From the NCBI GenBank assembly GCA_036172245.1, contig JAYWIR010000025.1, positions 2,976,001 to 3,040,000 of the forward strand: DNA of 64,000 nucleotides, read 5' to 3'. Both the position numbers and the translations under genes were made by a program. Position 1 is the first letter of the stretch. Every line of letters begins with the position of its first letter. Positions 11,801 to 23,287 of this stretch are shown here, in pieces. The notes under the pieces are model-generated. The model worked only from the letters and a program-made list of their open reading frames with translations. It ran no database searches and had not been told where the DNA came from. The stretch is from Raillietiella orientalis. Taxonomy: Eukaryota.

Positions 11801-14800
11801 ATGCCCTTGCCCGCATCCTTGAAGACCCCTCCGGCTCATGCCCGTGTGCAGGGGCAATACCTAGGAGAAGAAATAATAATAATCCTGGACGCGGCAGCAT
11901 CCCTGAAATCTTCGGGAGCATTCTCTCCTCCCTCTTTTTCCGCCTTTCCCCTCCACATCCTCCCATGTGCACGGTCCGAAGAGGGAGAAGCCTCTAGGAA
12001 GGGCGAGTCCACCCCTCCTCTCCCCTGGCTCTACGCATTCCTCCTCTTCCGTTCCCCCTCCTTGTCCTTGGTATCAGCGCCGATTCGGAAGGAGGGAGAC
12101 GGGACGGTTGTCAAGAGGGGACCTCCTCTCCCCTCACTTGCAATTTCCACGGGAAAGCGAGATATGGATGAGAACGGAAAAGCGGCCCGTGAGCCCGTGG
12201 GGAGAAGTGCAGTGCGAAAGGCCATTCCCGGAAGGAAGGCGTCCCGAACGAACTCCGAGAGCCCTACGACAAATTCTTCCACCTTCTGCTCTCCTTGAAA
12301 AGAGAGCCTTTCTAGTGGGAGGGGCTCGAGTGGGACTCCAGGGCGATGGGTGAAATGGGGTGCCTGGACTCGTTCTGTGATAGGAGGGGGGTTCCCGACA
12401 ACCACGAAGAGGGAGGGAAAGGTACCCCTCTGGAACGGGAGGGAAGGGGAGTAAAACTGGGAAGGGGAAGGCGCACGCCGCATCCCTTCCAAAATCGGGT
12501 AGGGGGAGGCGCGCGAGAACCCGCGTTTCCAGCAGCTGCCCTCCGGCGGGCCTCCTCATCTTTATTGGATGGAACGACTCCGGTGAGAAGTTTCTCCGGG
12601 GTAAGGGGAGAGCCGGGAGAAAGGGAGAGGGAACCAAATTCCTGGAACAAAGGATGTCTTCGAGGTGCCCTCCGAGGACGCGGAGGGAGGAACGGGAAGG
12701 ACGGGGCGTCTCCCGCGACTAGGGGGCGCCAGAGAGGAGGGAGGGCGCGCGTGAGAGTCCCAGTTGCAGTCCCCGCGCTTGCACTCACAGACCACCCCCC
12801 ACAGCCAGGGAGTCGACAGGACTTCCAGAACTCCCCTTTGCAGGGCCCGCCGGGGACGGGGGTTCCTGGGCTCTCCCGGAGTACTGAGGTTGGGTATCCC
12901 CATCTGGTCCTGCCTCAGGATGCCGGGATTTTCTTTTCCTGTTTCCGGAACGGAGACAGTCCAGTCTGGAAGCGACCGATGGGCTGGTAGCCCAAACCCT
13001 CGAGCAGTTCAGAACCCCAGGTCGCCTTCGCTGAACCCTGAATTCAGGGGCCCTTAGGAACGCTCCACGTGTGTCATTCTCCTCCCGTGCTTCCGCTATT
13101 ACGAGGCTGATGATCCCAGAGTCCATTTCCGCAGAAAGGTCCGAGAAACCCCCTCGGAGAGGAAAGAGGGGTGCCGCGGTCTCTATGGGAACGGAGGCGG
13201 TTCTCCGCAAGATCCCGGTCCTCCGAGGAGCCGCTCCTGCTCCCTCCCCGGCTTGGCAGCATCTTGTTCCTCGAAGACCCTGGGTTCCCGCAGGCGTGAA
13301 CCCAGGGTCTTCGAGGGCTCCAATGCGAGCCGCTGCACCTCCCGCTGGTCCTCGGTGGCTACCGGCTTTCGTGGGAGCCTCTGGGCAGCAGCAGACAACA
13401 GGCCGAGAGCCCCAAGGCGTCTCCGTAACTGGAGCGGCCGCTTCGAGGATGAACGGTGGCAGCCAGGAGCGGCGACACCACAGGACGAAGACGAGGGCAG
13501 CGGGGGACTCTCCTACGTCCTCGGATTACCAATTGTTCCGGGCTCCGAGCACCGCGGCGAGAGGAGGGGACCCCACCTTCCCCCAAGCCCCGCGCGCGCT
13601 GGCGACGGATGTCCCGGAGTGCTCCAGGAGTTAAGCGGCGGGGAGAGGCGCAGCCGAGGATCTCCATGAAGAAACGAGAGGTGAGGCTTCCGCACAGCGG
13701 GAATCCTCGAGGGTAGAGTCTAAGATCATGAAAAACGGCGGTCCCGACCTCTGGTGACCAGAAAAGACCTAAAGGCAACGAGTAGACCCGGGCCTCTCGG
13801 GACTTCCTGTCCGTACACCTTGCTGGGTGGAAAGTCACCGCGCCTGCCGGGCACAAAGACCCTTGCCCGCTCCTATGATTCCCCCCTACTCCCCTAAGAA
13901 CTCAACGGCGTTTCCGGTCCCGAGCTCAGGAAAGCAAAGAAAGAGGAGGATGCCTTCCGAAAAGCCTCTCTACCCGGCCAGGATGGCTCCAGCGGTGGCA
14001 TATGTAAGAATGAGGATGGACGGATGGTCTGGCCGTGCGCGCTGCAGCTTTGCACAGGGACATCAAGGAGGCCCTATGAAACCCTCGGGAGCCCTGCGGG
14101 CGACCCAAGGTGGCAGCAGTCCGCTGAGGATCTCAGTCTCCAGCCAAAGAGGTCTTTCCGGAGGAGAAAGAGGAAAAGAAGAGAAGAGAGGGAGGGAAGG
14201 AAGATTCAGCAGAAAATCCGGAAACCTCTCGAAGGGGAAACGCAGGGACCGCACGCTTCTGAGACAAACGGAAACCCCCCAAACTCCTCCAAGAGCAGTG
14301 AGAACTTCCGGAGAAGCGACAGTGCCGACGGCAAAGCGGTGAAGATTCATCATGCGTCCCCCCTTCCCCTCCTTCCTCTCCTAGTCATCCCGAATGTCAC
14401 CTCCTGAAATCCGAGTGGTCTTGAGTGTATGAAAGGGGGAGGAAGAGGGCGAAGGCCTCGACGTGGTCGCTGAGATCGAACGGGGGCTGGTCAGGAAGGG
14501 TGGTTTGCGCCACCTGCCACGCCGCAGGGAGCGTACACGAGGCGCCCCGTTCCTGCCTTCCTTCTCTGCCTCCGCCTTTGGGACCGAACTGGCTCTCGTG
14601 AGACGGCAGCGCGCTTCTTGGCTGACCGCATCCCTCTGCAAGGAGGTATTCCCTGCCCAAATTCGGAACTTCATCTCATCCCTGATCTTCAAAGAGGAAG
14701 GACGAAGTCCCGGAGAAGAAGCGGCTGCTTCGGGCGACTGAACGAAATCGCAGCATCAGCAGCAGAGAACCACCTTCGGAGGCGACAACGAGGAAGCAGC

Positions 14801-17091
14801 AGACGTTCCGGGAAGCTCCCAAATATGCGAGCTCTTCCCATGTAGCATCCGTTCCTCTCTTGAGGCCTCTGGCTGCTCCTGCGAATCCTGGAGGACTTGG
14901 AGGGGCAAACCTTCTGGAGAAGCCTCCTCTCTCCTCGCTTCCAAGCGATGGCGCGTTCGGGACTCGAGATTGGCATCTCGGAAGTTGCGGTTCCTCTTCG
15001 CTGAGCCGCTTCTGATGGTACCATCCAGGTCCATCCTTCCAAAAAGGGGGTTGAAGGGAACCTAATTTCATCACCTTCCTCAAGGAGAAACGCCAGTCGC
15101 CCTTATGTCCCCTCGTGAGCAGCGTGCGAAGGGAGCGCGAAAGACGCGCAGCGACCTAGCAGGTCAACACCCGCGATGCGGTGGCGCGTCCCTGGAGCTT
15201 CTGGCCCTTTCCGCCTACCCTTCCTCTGCCAATGGTTTGTCCCCGAGGCCCTCCGCCCATAAAAAAAGGCGGGGAGGAACGGGGTTGAGAAGGTAGCAAT
15301 CCTGCGCGTCGGGGTTCCCTCCCATCCTAAGGGAAGCCGCTGCGCTTGGTGTTGTCCGGTTGCAGCGTGACGCCCTCCTTCTCCCACGGCGGGAAGCTGC
15401 CTATTCGGCGTACTTCCGGCGACAGCTAGATGCTTCCACAAGGAGGGTGCTGCGGTGGAAGGTTTTCTCTTGGGATCACTACGGCGACGGAGGAAGACGA
15501 GTGGCGGAGCGGGGCACGTCAAGCACTTCCAGCGTGGCTGTTGGGAATTGCCAATCGTTCTTCTGCTCAGACGCTCGGGACTCCACGCCTGTTGATTCGA
15601 AAGTGGTAACCGAGGCTGCATGGCAGCTTTGCTCCTGCTGGTCCACTACACGCTGTCCCCCTCTGTCTTTTTTCTTTCACAAGTCTCCTCCTCCTCTTCT
15701 CCTCTTCTTCCCTTCCCTCTGTCTCTCCCTCTCTCCTCCTCTTTTTCTCTTCCTCGTCTTCTTTCCTTTCACCTTCTCTTCCTCTCTTCCTCCTCCTCCT
15801 CCGCATAAAAATCCCTCGAGAAGGGCAAAGATAAGTTTCGTGAGAAGATCAAGACCTCTGGAGTCTTTCACACTAGCGATTCCAGTTCCTAGCGGGCAAC
15901 GCAGCAGACATGTCCAAGGGCTCCGTCGGGAGGCGAGGGGGAAGCAAGGGAGAGAGAACATCTCACTCCTTCCCTTCTATTTCTTGCTCAGGGCAGTCGA
16001 GTTCTCTCCGAAACTTTCGCAAGAAATTGAAACACGGTACCACAAGGACAAGAGAGGCTTCTCCTGCATCCCAAGCTGAACCTGGCCTCCGTTGACCTCA
16101 TCGACTGCTACCCCGGCATGGGACCCTAGGCGGCGGTGGCTCGTCTCGAGGCGTCTCCAGGAGGTCGGTCCAGCGGGCGCGCAGCACCGGCCTGAAGACC
16201 CTCTCCCTCCTTCGTCTCGCACAGGCAGCGCATCAGCGCATTAGTGGGGAGGGTCCGGAAAGACGCGGGCGCGCTTCCGCCGTTAACTGTCTGGAACGGG
16301 CGCGGCTCGAAGCACCGACGGCACGGAGACCAAGGGTTCCTTCTGCTCCAAAGCAGCCTTCGTCCTCGCAGCCCCGTCTTATGGCCCGCTCTTCCCTTCC
16401 TAACTTTAGCTCGAGATAGTGCCGGCCTCCCTGCGCTGACACGATGGCACCGGAGACGACTCGCCCGCGAGTTCTTCTTTTGCGGTTGCCTGCTGCTCGC
16501 GCTGCTCTTCCGCGTAAGCGCGCGACCGGACTGACCGCGTTACAGGAGCCGAGTCGAGACTGCGAGGGTGACGTCACCTTTTTGCCTCTTGACCGAGGAT
16601 TCACGTGGGGGGCGGGAGCGCGCCCGTCCTTGGGAAGTGGAATGAAGCAAGGTCATTCCCCACCCCAGCGACTCGGCGAAGAAACACAAAAGGGGTGGCT
16701 CCAGGAGGGAGCACCGACGATCATCGCCCTCAAAATCCCTCTTCCTCCTTCGAGCGGGCCGCACGGTACCCCTGGGACACCGCGCCGCCCGGCCTCGCCT
16801 TTCGGGTCAGGTAGGGAGGATCAGGGAGGGAGAGTGCGAAAGGGCAAGGGGGCGTCCGATAAAAAAGAAAAAGGAGGCAAGGGCTCACCTCTTCGAGCTC
16901 CCCTTGATGATGAAGATGGAAAACGTGCGATTGTTGGGGACGACCTTCGAATCCTGGTACCTCCAGATCCATTGCGAGTTGTAGATGTGCGACTCGTCGC
17001 GGCGTCGGTGCGCTGCCGTTGCCGCCGCAACGCAGCAGCAGCAGCACAGAGCGACGGCGGCGACGACGGCTGCCGGATGAGTCCGTCGCAT
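8895..17091 (-). CDS. NDNF: Neuron-derived neurotrophic factor / nord-like secreted FN3-domain protein (multi-exon)
   Basis: Exons with phase-consistent GT-AG junctions: 17091-16889 (signal peptide MRRTHPAAVVAAVALCCCCCVAAATAA, then RDESH..YQDSKVVPNNRTFSIFIIKGSSKR); 11706-11564 (RIFFDV..VSVTPCSSLLDWTL); 10830-10590 (GEYALHLRS..FIKWKP); 10538-9615 (FCIV..SLCEA, LKNG, INSCLD, YPELPSD, TCNSLKISW, YCI, DQC). All are colinear with NDNF family motifs. The terminal exon is uncertain: acceptors giving exon starts at 9441 or 9060 both reach the stop at 8895. Confidence 0.88.
13740..13930 (+). mobile_element. Possible Copia-type integrase relic inside NDNF intron 1
   Basis: Frameshifted KGNE*..RDFL...PPYSP/ELNGVS resembles the D-x-G-x-EY ... 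PYSPQQNGVAER motif. Confidence 0.3.
15660..15802. repeat. CT-rich low-complexity tract
   Basis: Nearly pure pyrimidine tract on the + strand. Confidence 0.85.
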
Positions 17092-17351
17092 CGGTCACGC
17101 GGCACGACTCCGGCGGGGAGCAAGCTCGGCGCGGTGCATCTCCTCCGCATCGCTGTGCTCCACTGAGCTGACCACCAGCCTCCTTCGTCCGCCTTTCCGG
17201 TACTCCCCCGTGACGCCTGCCGCTGCCGTCGCCGCAGCATATCGCGACCGCAGGGAGAGCCTCTCCGCTCCTCCGCCGAACGATTCTCTTCCTAAGGAGG
17301 AGAATTTTTCGCGGCAGCTTCCGTCCCTCGTCAGAACGAATCCTGAAGGAT

Positions 17352-17526
17352 AGGAAGAGGAGGGGAAAGGGATGAGAGGAGGAGGAGGAGGAGGAAAGGA
17401 AGAAGAAAGAAAAAAGAAAGGAAAAGGAAGGGAAGAGGAAAGGAGGAACAAAGAAGGAGAAAGAAGAAAGGAGGAGGAAGAGGAAAAGAGGAAGAGGAAA
17501 AGAGGAGAAAGAAGAAAGGAGAAGGA
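17352..17526. repeat. GA-rich polypurine low-complexity tract upstream of NDNF
   Basis: Nearly pure GGA/GAA purine tract. Confidence 0.85.
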
Positions 17527-18589
17527 TGGTGAGCGATGCCTTTCGTCTGCAAGAAAACAAATCCTGCATGGTGTTCCCGTTGGCTCACGCGCCGCCCGGA
17601 GGGCAGGCACGCGAGCGACGAGGCGCCACGTTCAGCGGACGGGACTGCGGGACATCCCCACTACAGCATTGACACCTCCTGTCGAAACGTAGGCTTCTTT
17701 CCTTGGACGGACACGTCTTTCCCCGAATTATGAAGGATGTGCGCGTGCGTGTAGGATAAACACACGCGTGTGTCCTTGTGACCTGGACTGCGAACTGTCC
17801 GGACTAGGGATGCCAGGTCCACCCGTGGAAGTACGAAGCAGTTTCTCAACCCTCGAAAGTAGAGGACATCTGCACGCACGCGTGCTCGCTCTGTCGAGGG
17901 GTGGACAGACGTTTCTGCGCATGTCGTTTTCGACGCGCTCTCCAGAGACCGCCGCAAGAATTTCCTCCCCTCGTATGAAACAAAAGGAAAACAAAAGCTT
18001 CCCTTCTTTTTACGGCCTGGAAAGTGCACGCGCAGGAATACACGTGCCTTCTTAAGAGTCCGCCTCCTGAGGTGGTGATGAGGTCTGAGGTCCGGAAAAT
18101 TCCGTGTGCTCGTGCGCGCGCGCGCGTGTGCAGGACACGCATATAATGCGTTTATGTGAATGCGCGGACGATGACGTCATCGTGGTCCCGCATCCACCAC
18201 GTTCGAGAGCTGGGGACTGCGGACGTTGCCGTCACTTGATCCCTTATGGAGAATTCCTTCCGGGATGGGTGCAGTCGCCGAAGAACTCGGCTGCTGAAGA
18301 TTCGTCTCCACCGCGCCGAACCCTTGAGGCCACGCGCTTCCCCCGCAGCGAGAACCCCGCTCTACGAACACCCGAATGGACACGCGCGCGCACTGTGTTC
18401 GGCGTGGCCGATGCGCGCACACGCGTAAGAATGTCCGTTGCGAAGGCAGCATCATGTGTGATACGTGTGCACACGAGGTGCACTTCACACATCGTTGCAG
18501 CCCCCACCTGACACACGCCAGGAAGTCGCGTACACTTTCACCTGAAAAACGTGAAAACTTCGCGTGTGTATTCATATGAAAATCGCATC

Positions 18590-18812
18590 AGTATGTGCAC
18601 GTGTATAAGTATATACATGTTTGTGTGTATTGTACAGATGTATGCTGTATGCATATGTCTATGTATCTATGTATCTATATATGTATCTAAATATGCATAT
18701 GTATCTATATGCATCTCATGTGTGCATGCGCATCCACTCATATTTATGTGTAATTTATGTGCCTGTGTACGCAGATGAATGTGGATGTGGATGCGTGTAC
18801 GTGTACGTGTCA
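18590..18812. repeat. Degenerate (TA/TG)n microsatellite
   Basis: tatgtatctatgtatc / gtgtacgtgt-type alternating purine-pyrimidine repeats. Confidence 0.75.
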
Positions 18813-21800
18813 AAGTGCAGTACGCGTGCTTACGGAAGTCTTCCTCACATGGCAGCCCGCGTGTTCAAAGCAGATTTTTTCTGTGGTGCCACCCACCCGT
18901 AGAGCGAGGGGAGGCTCCGGTGACGTAGGTATCCGGGACCCCGTGCTAAAAGCGACTTTTCCAGCAAGGACACGAGGCCCGGGCGGATTGCCCCCCCCCC
19001 CCCACGCCCCATCGGCTGCCGGATCCTCCTCCCATCCGGGTTTCGAGCCGTTCCCATCGCGCCGGCCCATAAATCACCGGGATGCGGAACCGCGGGCGCG
19101 TTGCGCCATCCACGCGTTTCGCAACGCGCAGCGAAAGCGACGCGGCGGAACCTCCGTGTCCGCCGCCGTGCGCCGGCGGTGCTCCTCCGCGCTATCCATC
19201 TCGCCGGCGCGGGACGACGAGGAGGCCATCTAGGGCGGATGAAACGCGAATGGACAAATCTCTCCTGCTGGGGCGCTCCTCCCGCAGGCTCGAAAGGCCT
19301 CCTCACGCGGGCGCGACGGGAAAGGCACCTCCAGCGAAGAGATTCTTCCCTTCTCTTCTGCTCCCTCCTTCTCTCTTCCTCTTGTGCCCACCCTCGGAGC
19401 AAGGGTCTTTCTCAGGAAGGCCACGACGAGTTCTGCGGCGTCCTCGAGTTCGGCTCAGTCCTCTTCCGGAAGTTCCGCAGCATCTTCTTGAGGGAGTACC
19501 CCCCCACACCTCGTGGACGGCCATCCTGCCGGACGGCTCCACGAGTGAGTGCTCTTCTCGGTCCCGCGCGCGCTTCTGCTCGGTGCCTCGGGCTCTCGGA
19601 AATGCCCCGCTGACGAAAGGGTTCTCGCGCGCGCTCAGGACGCCGACACGGGATTGTCTAGGGGGTCGACGGCGCCTGCATCGGATCTGGAAGCTGCTCC
19701 TCGCATGCCGGGCAGGGTTTCTGGATCTCCACGCGCTTCCGTCCCGCTCCGTAGCTGGGATGCCCGGTGTCCTTGGAGATCGTGGCGCTGTTCCTGCACT
19801 GGGAATTCCGGTGCAGCGAAGCGCCGGCACCTCGTTCCCGGGGGTGACCGAACGGTTCCTGGACCGCGTCCACCCCGCTCCACAAACTGCGGGCGAGGTC
19901 CGTCTTCAGCACTCCTGCCACCGGGAAGACATCGCCAAGGGACCTGCTGCGGGAGATTCTTTGGACTCTCGGCAGGCTCCAGGGAATGCAAAGGCTGCTG
20001 CATCCTCACCATCGTCACGGAAACGCAAACGCAGAGGGAGGTCACCCTCATGGCAGGCACCTACAGCAAGCACAGCTGCTAAGTGTCCACACCCGGAAGA
20101 AGACGTGAAGGCGGGGATGGTCGGCATCCGGCGCCGCTTCTAGAGGGAAGGAACGGCCGAAGCCAACGACCTCTGTCCTCATGCCCACCCCTTGTTCATT
20201 TATTTATCGTCCTCTCCCACCTATTCCCCGGTTTTCAAGAGACCGACCCGCGCATCGGTGGACCCTCTCCTTGGACCGCATTGCCGACTTGCTTGTCTCC
20301 GGAGCGACCTGATAACAAAAACCTCAAGAGGAGGGCAGGGTGGTGTGGAGATGTTAAAGGAAGGTCAGGACAAGCTGAAATGCAAACTGACTCTCGATTT
20401 GGCACGCAAGAATGAGCGGAAGGAGAAAGGTGAAAAGGTTTCTGGAAGAATGGATGTGATTGTTGCAAATTGCTTCATGTATTGGAGAACTACAAGTAAG
20501 GAATGAGGATGCTCGCGGGTCGGCCTCCTGTGGAAGACCCGTCTAAAGAGCGCATCTCGTTTCAAAATGGTAGATCTTTCCTTGGGCTTCCCTAGCTGAT
20601 CCCGGAGAAAGCCGAAATGTTCCACGTCTTTGGTACTTGCTGGGAGTCCAGAGGCGCTGAAGTGATGGTAGAGGGGCGGCAGCTTCTCTGGCACTATCAC
20701 GACTTTCACTTTCCTATGCCCTCGTGAACGTTGCAGCCGTGCCCTCAGGAAGGCTTCCTCGTCTGGTCTCTTTGAAGCCCTCACAGGCCATGGTGGATCC
20801 CGGTGTAAGGAGATCCCACCCACACTCTGTTGACCGTTTCTCCTTCTGCCAGGAGCAAGACTGTTTGTCCTTTTCCCTCTCAGGGCGGTGGACAGGAAGG
20901 CGAGAAGATAGCAGGGTGTCACGCAAACGGAGGGAGTCTGGGAAGGCACGTGACCTTCCGTGCTCGTCGTTCGAGGTCATCTGGCAGTCCAAGACAAGCG
21001 GTGTTTCAAAATCGCCATCTTTCCAGGATGCTGGTATTCCAGAAATAATCCTGCAGGATTCTTCGCGAGAGCCACCACCTCACCCGCCGCTGGCTTTTTG
21101 CTTGTCCATGTCCGAAACAAGAGGAAATTCCAGAAGCACATTAGCAAAGAGCCACGCGAAGTCAGCTCACTGGCAACCTGAGGAGAACCTGCAAGGCGGA
21201 AGGTACAAATTAATTGCTAATGATGCTCTGGTATGTTTATTCTTTGCGGTGAGAGCAACGTGTTGCTAGAGGGCAGCTGCTATCTAGGTGGGGAAACGTG
21301 GAGAAAAGGCGCCCCGGTCCTCGGGGCAGAAATCGCCGGTAACGGTTTTCCTAATGGGGGAAGGAGGAATCATAATTCTCCTAGCGGTCATAAAAGATTC
21401 CCACAGTTTTCGTGACCTGTCCTGAAGATGCCTACATGCGACGTGACGTCTTGCTCCTTGGAAACTTCGCGATCCGATAAAAGCATTGTCTGCGGTACAT
21501 GGAGCCTATTCACAAACAAGAAAGTGCTTTTTGCCGGAATGAGCTGGACTAGTATGGGAACTGCTAGCTTGGACAAATCGCAGCAAATGCGGGGTCGGAG
21601 CAGCCAAGAAGCATCGAGGCCAAACGAAGGATTTTCTTCAGCACCGCTCAGTCTTTGATTAGGCGCGAACACCAGGGGCTAAAGTTCCAGAGCAGCACTC
21701 CTTCCCAAGAGTCCAACTCCCTTTGCTCTGATGAGCCAGGTCGGGAACTGGGAACTGCCGCCCCACGTTTCGCTCCGCCAGAGTGCTTAAAACAGCACAA

Positions 21801-23115
21801 GCCGGATGAGCTCGGGGATCAGCAGCGTTCGGATGTTCGACTTGGCCCTCGAACACAGGGAGAGTGTCGTCCGCGGTGGAAACGACAGAGGACAGAGAGA
21901 GCTCTGTCCTGTTGCATCTATTGTGCTACTGTTCTCTTGCTCTGTAGTTCACTTGACCTCAGACACCAGTTTGGCACCGCAAAGTACAACGTTAGATTAA
22001 GCGCTCATGTTCGTGTGGTGTTTTGGTTCCAATCCGGTTTCGCCCTCTTGTTTGATTTGTGCAAGAAGAATTGGCAGAGATGTGCAAAACGTAATTTCTT
22101 TTCCCTCCAGCAGGGTAGACGAGAGAACTTGATGAAGGTGGTTAGGTTCAGAGCTGCAAAAAAGGAAATCACATAAAGTAAGCTTCGGCTCTGATTAGTG
22201 CATCGGAGTGTTCGGAAATCGCAAAATGGGAATTTCGTCGTTTGTCAACCTAACTGAATGATGAACTCTCGAAACTTGAAGGCGGAAGACATATTTTACT
22301 TGAGGGACCAGTGCATCTTTCTCCGACTGCCTCTGCAGCATGTCGGAATCTCACAGTTCCTGGGATGACGATGAGATGGAGATGAAGTACTCAAGACCAA
22401 ACAGACCAAGATTTGAACCGTTTCGAAAACACTTGACGCCTTTCCGCAAAAGCAAACAAAGCTCCGCAGTTACAAGAAAAGTCGAGATTGCAGAGCCATC
22501 TTCAAATTGATTTCAGAAGTGAAAAAAAAAAAAAAAGGAGGCATGAATAAAATGCTCGTAAAAGCTCCAGTACGTGAAAAGGAACTGATTGCCAAGATCT
22601 CCCAACCGGTCTGAAAAGTAGCAGACAAAACAAGATCATCAAGACTAATGCTTCTGTGATTTGATCGACAGATTGATGTATAGGAGCAAATGACATTGAA
22701 GCACATTATGCTTCTCCAAATCATAAACCACTGTGGTGAATCTTGATGGAACAGAAATGAGGAAAGCCGTCATTGAAAGAGGCATAGAAGTCTAAACCCA
22801 ACGTTTCCTTGCCAACATCAAAGAGGCGGCTCCTACTTTCAGCCTTCTTATTTTGAGTGTCGAAGTAAACAATTCAGGTGTTGATTGTATAAAAACGCCA
22901 AGTATCTGCACGAGACACATTTAAGAATCGGATTTACCACTTCAAATTTCTGCGATTCTCGCGATACGAATTGGATAGAAATTCGATTTTTCCTCGGATG
23001 GTTTGCGATGGCACGGCAGAGATGGTTTGTCCGAACAGCGTCGCTGTGAGACTGTTGTCAGGTATTTCCCACCCACTCTTACGCGGCAGGTGTTCCTGCC
23101 TTAGTTTAGAGCAAC

Positions 23116-23287
23116 GAGTGGTGGGAGCTGTGTTCTAGACAGTGTATCTTGATGAACCGAGTGGTGGGAGCTGTGTTCTAGACAGTGTATCTTGATGAAC
23201 CGAGTGGTGGGAGCTGTGTTCTAGACAGTGTATCTTGATGAACCGAGTGGTGAGAGCTGTGTTCTAGACAGTTTATCTTGATGAACC
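23116..23287. repeat. Tandem repeat, 4 x 43 bp
   Basis: Unit gagtggtgggagctgtgttctagacagtgtatcttgatgaacc, head-to-tail. Three copies are identical and the fourth has 2 substitutions. No spacers. Confidence 0.95.

Noticed and set aside
11707..11972. Apparent signal peptide MLPRPGLLLFLLLGIAPAHG as the NDNF N-terminus
   Set aside because: It lies upstream of a strong polypyrimidine acceptor at 11707. The exon at 17091-16889 has NDNF homology and the matching phase-2 donor.
23116..23287. CRISPR-like array
   Set aside because: Units are contiguous with no unique spacers, there are no cas genes, and the context is eukaryotic.
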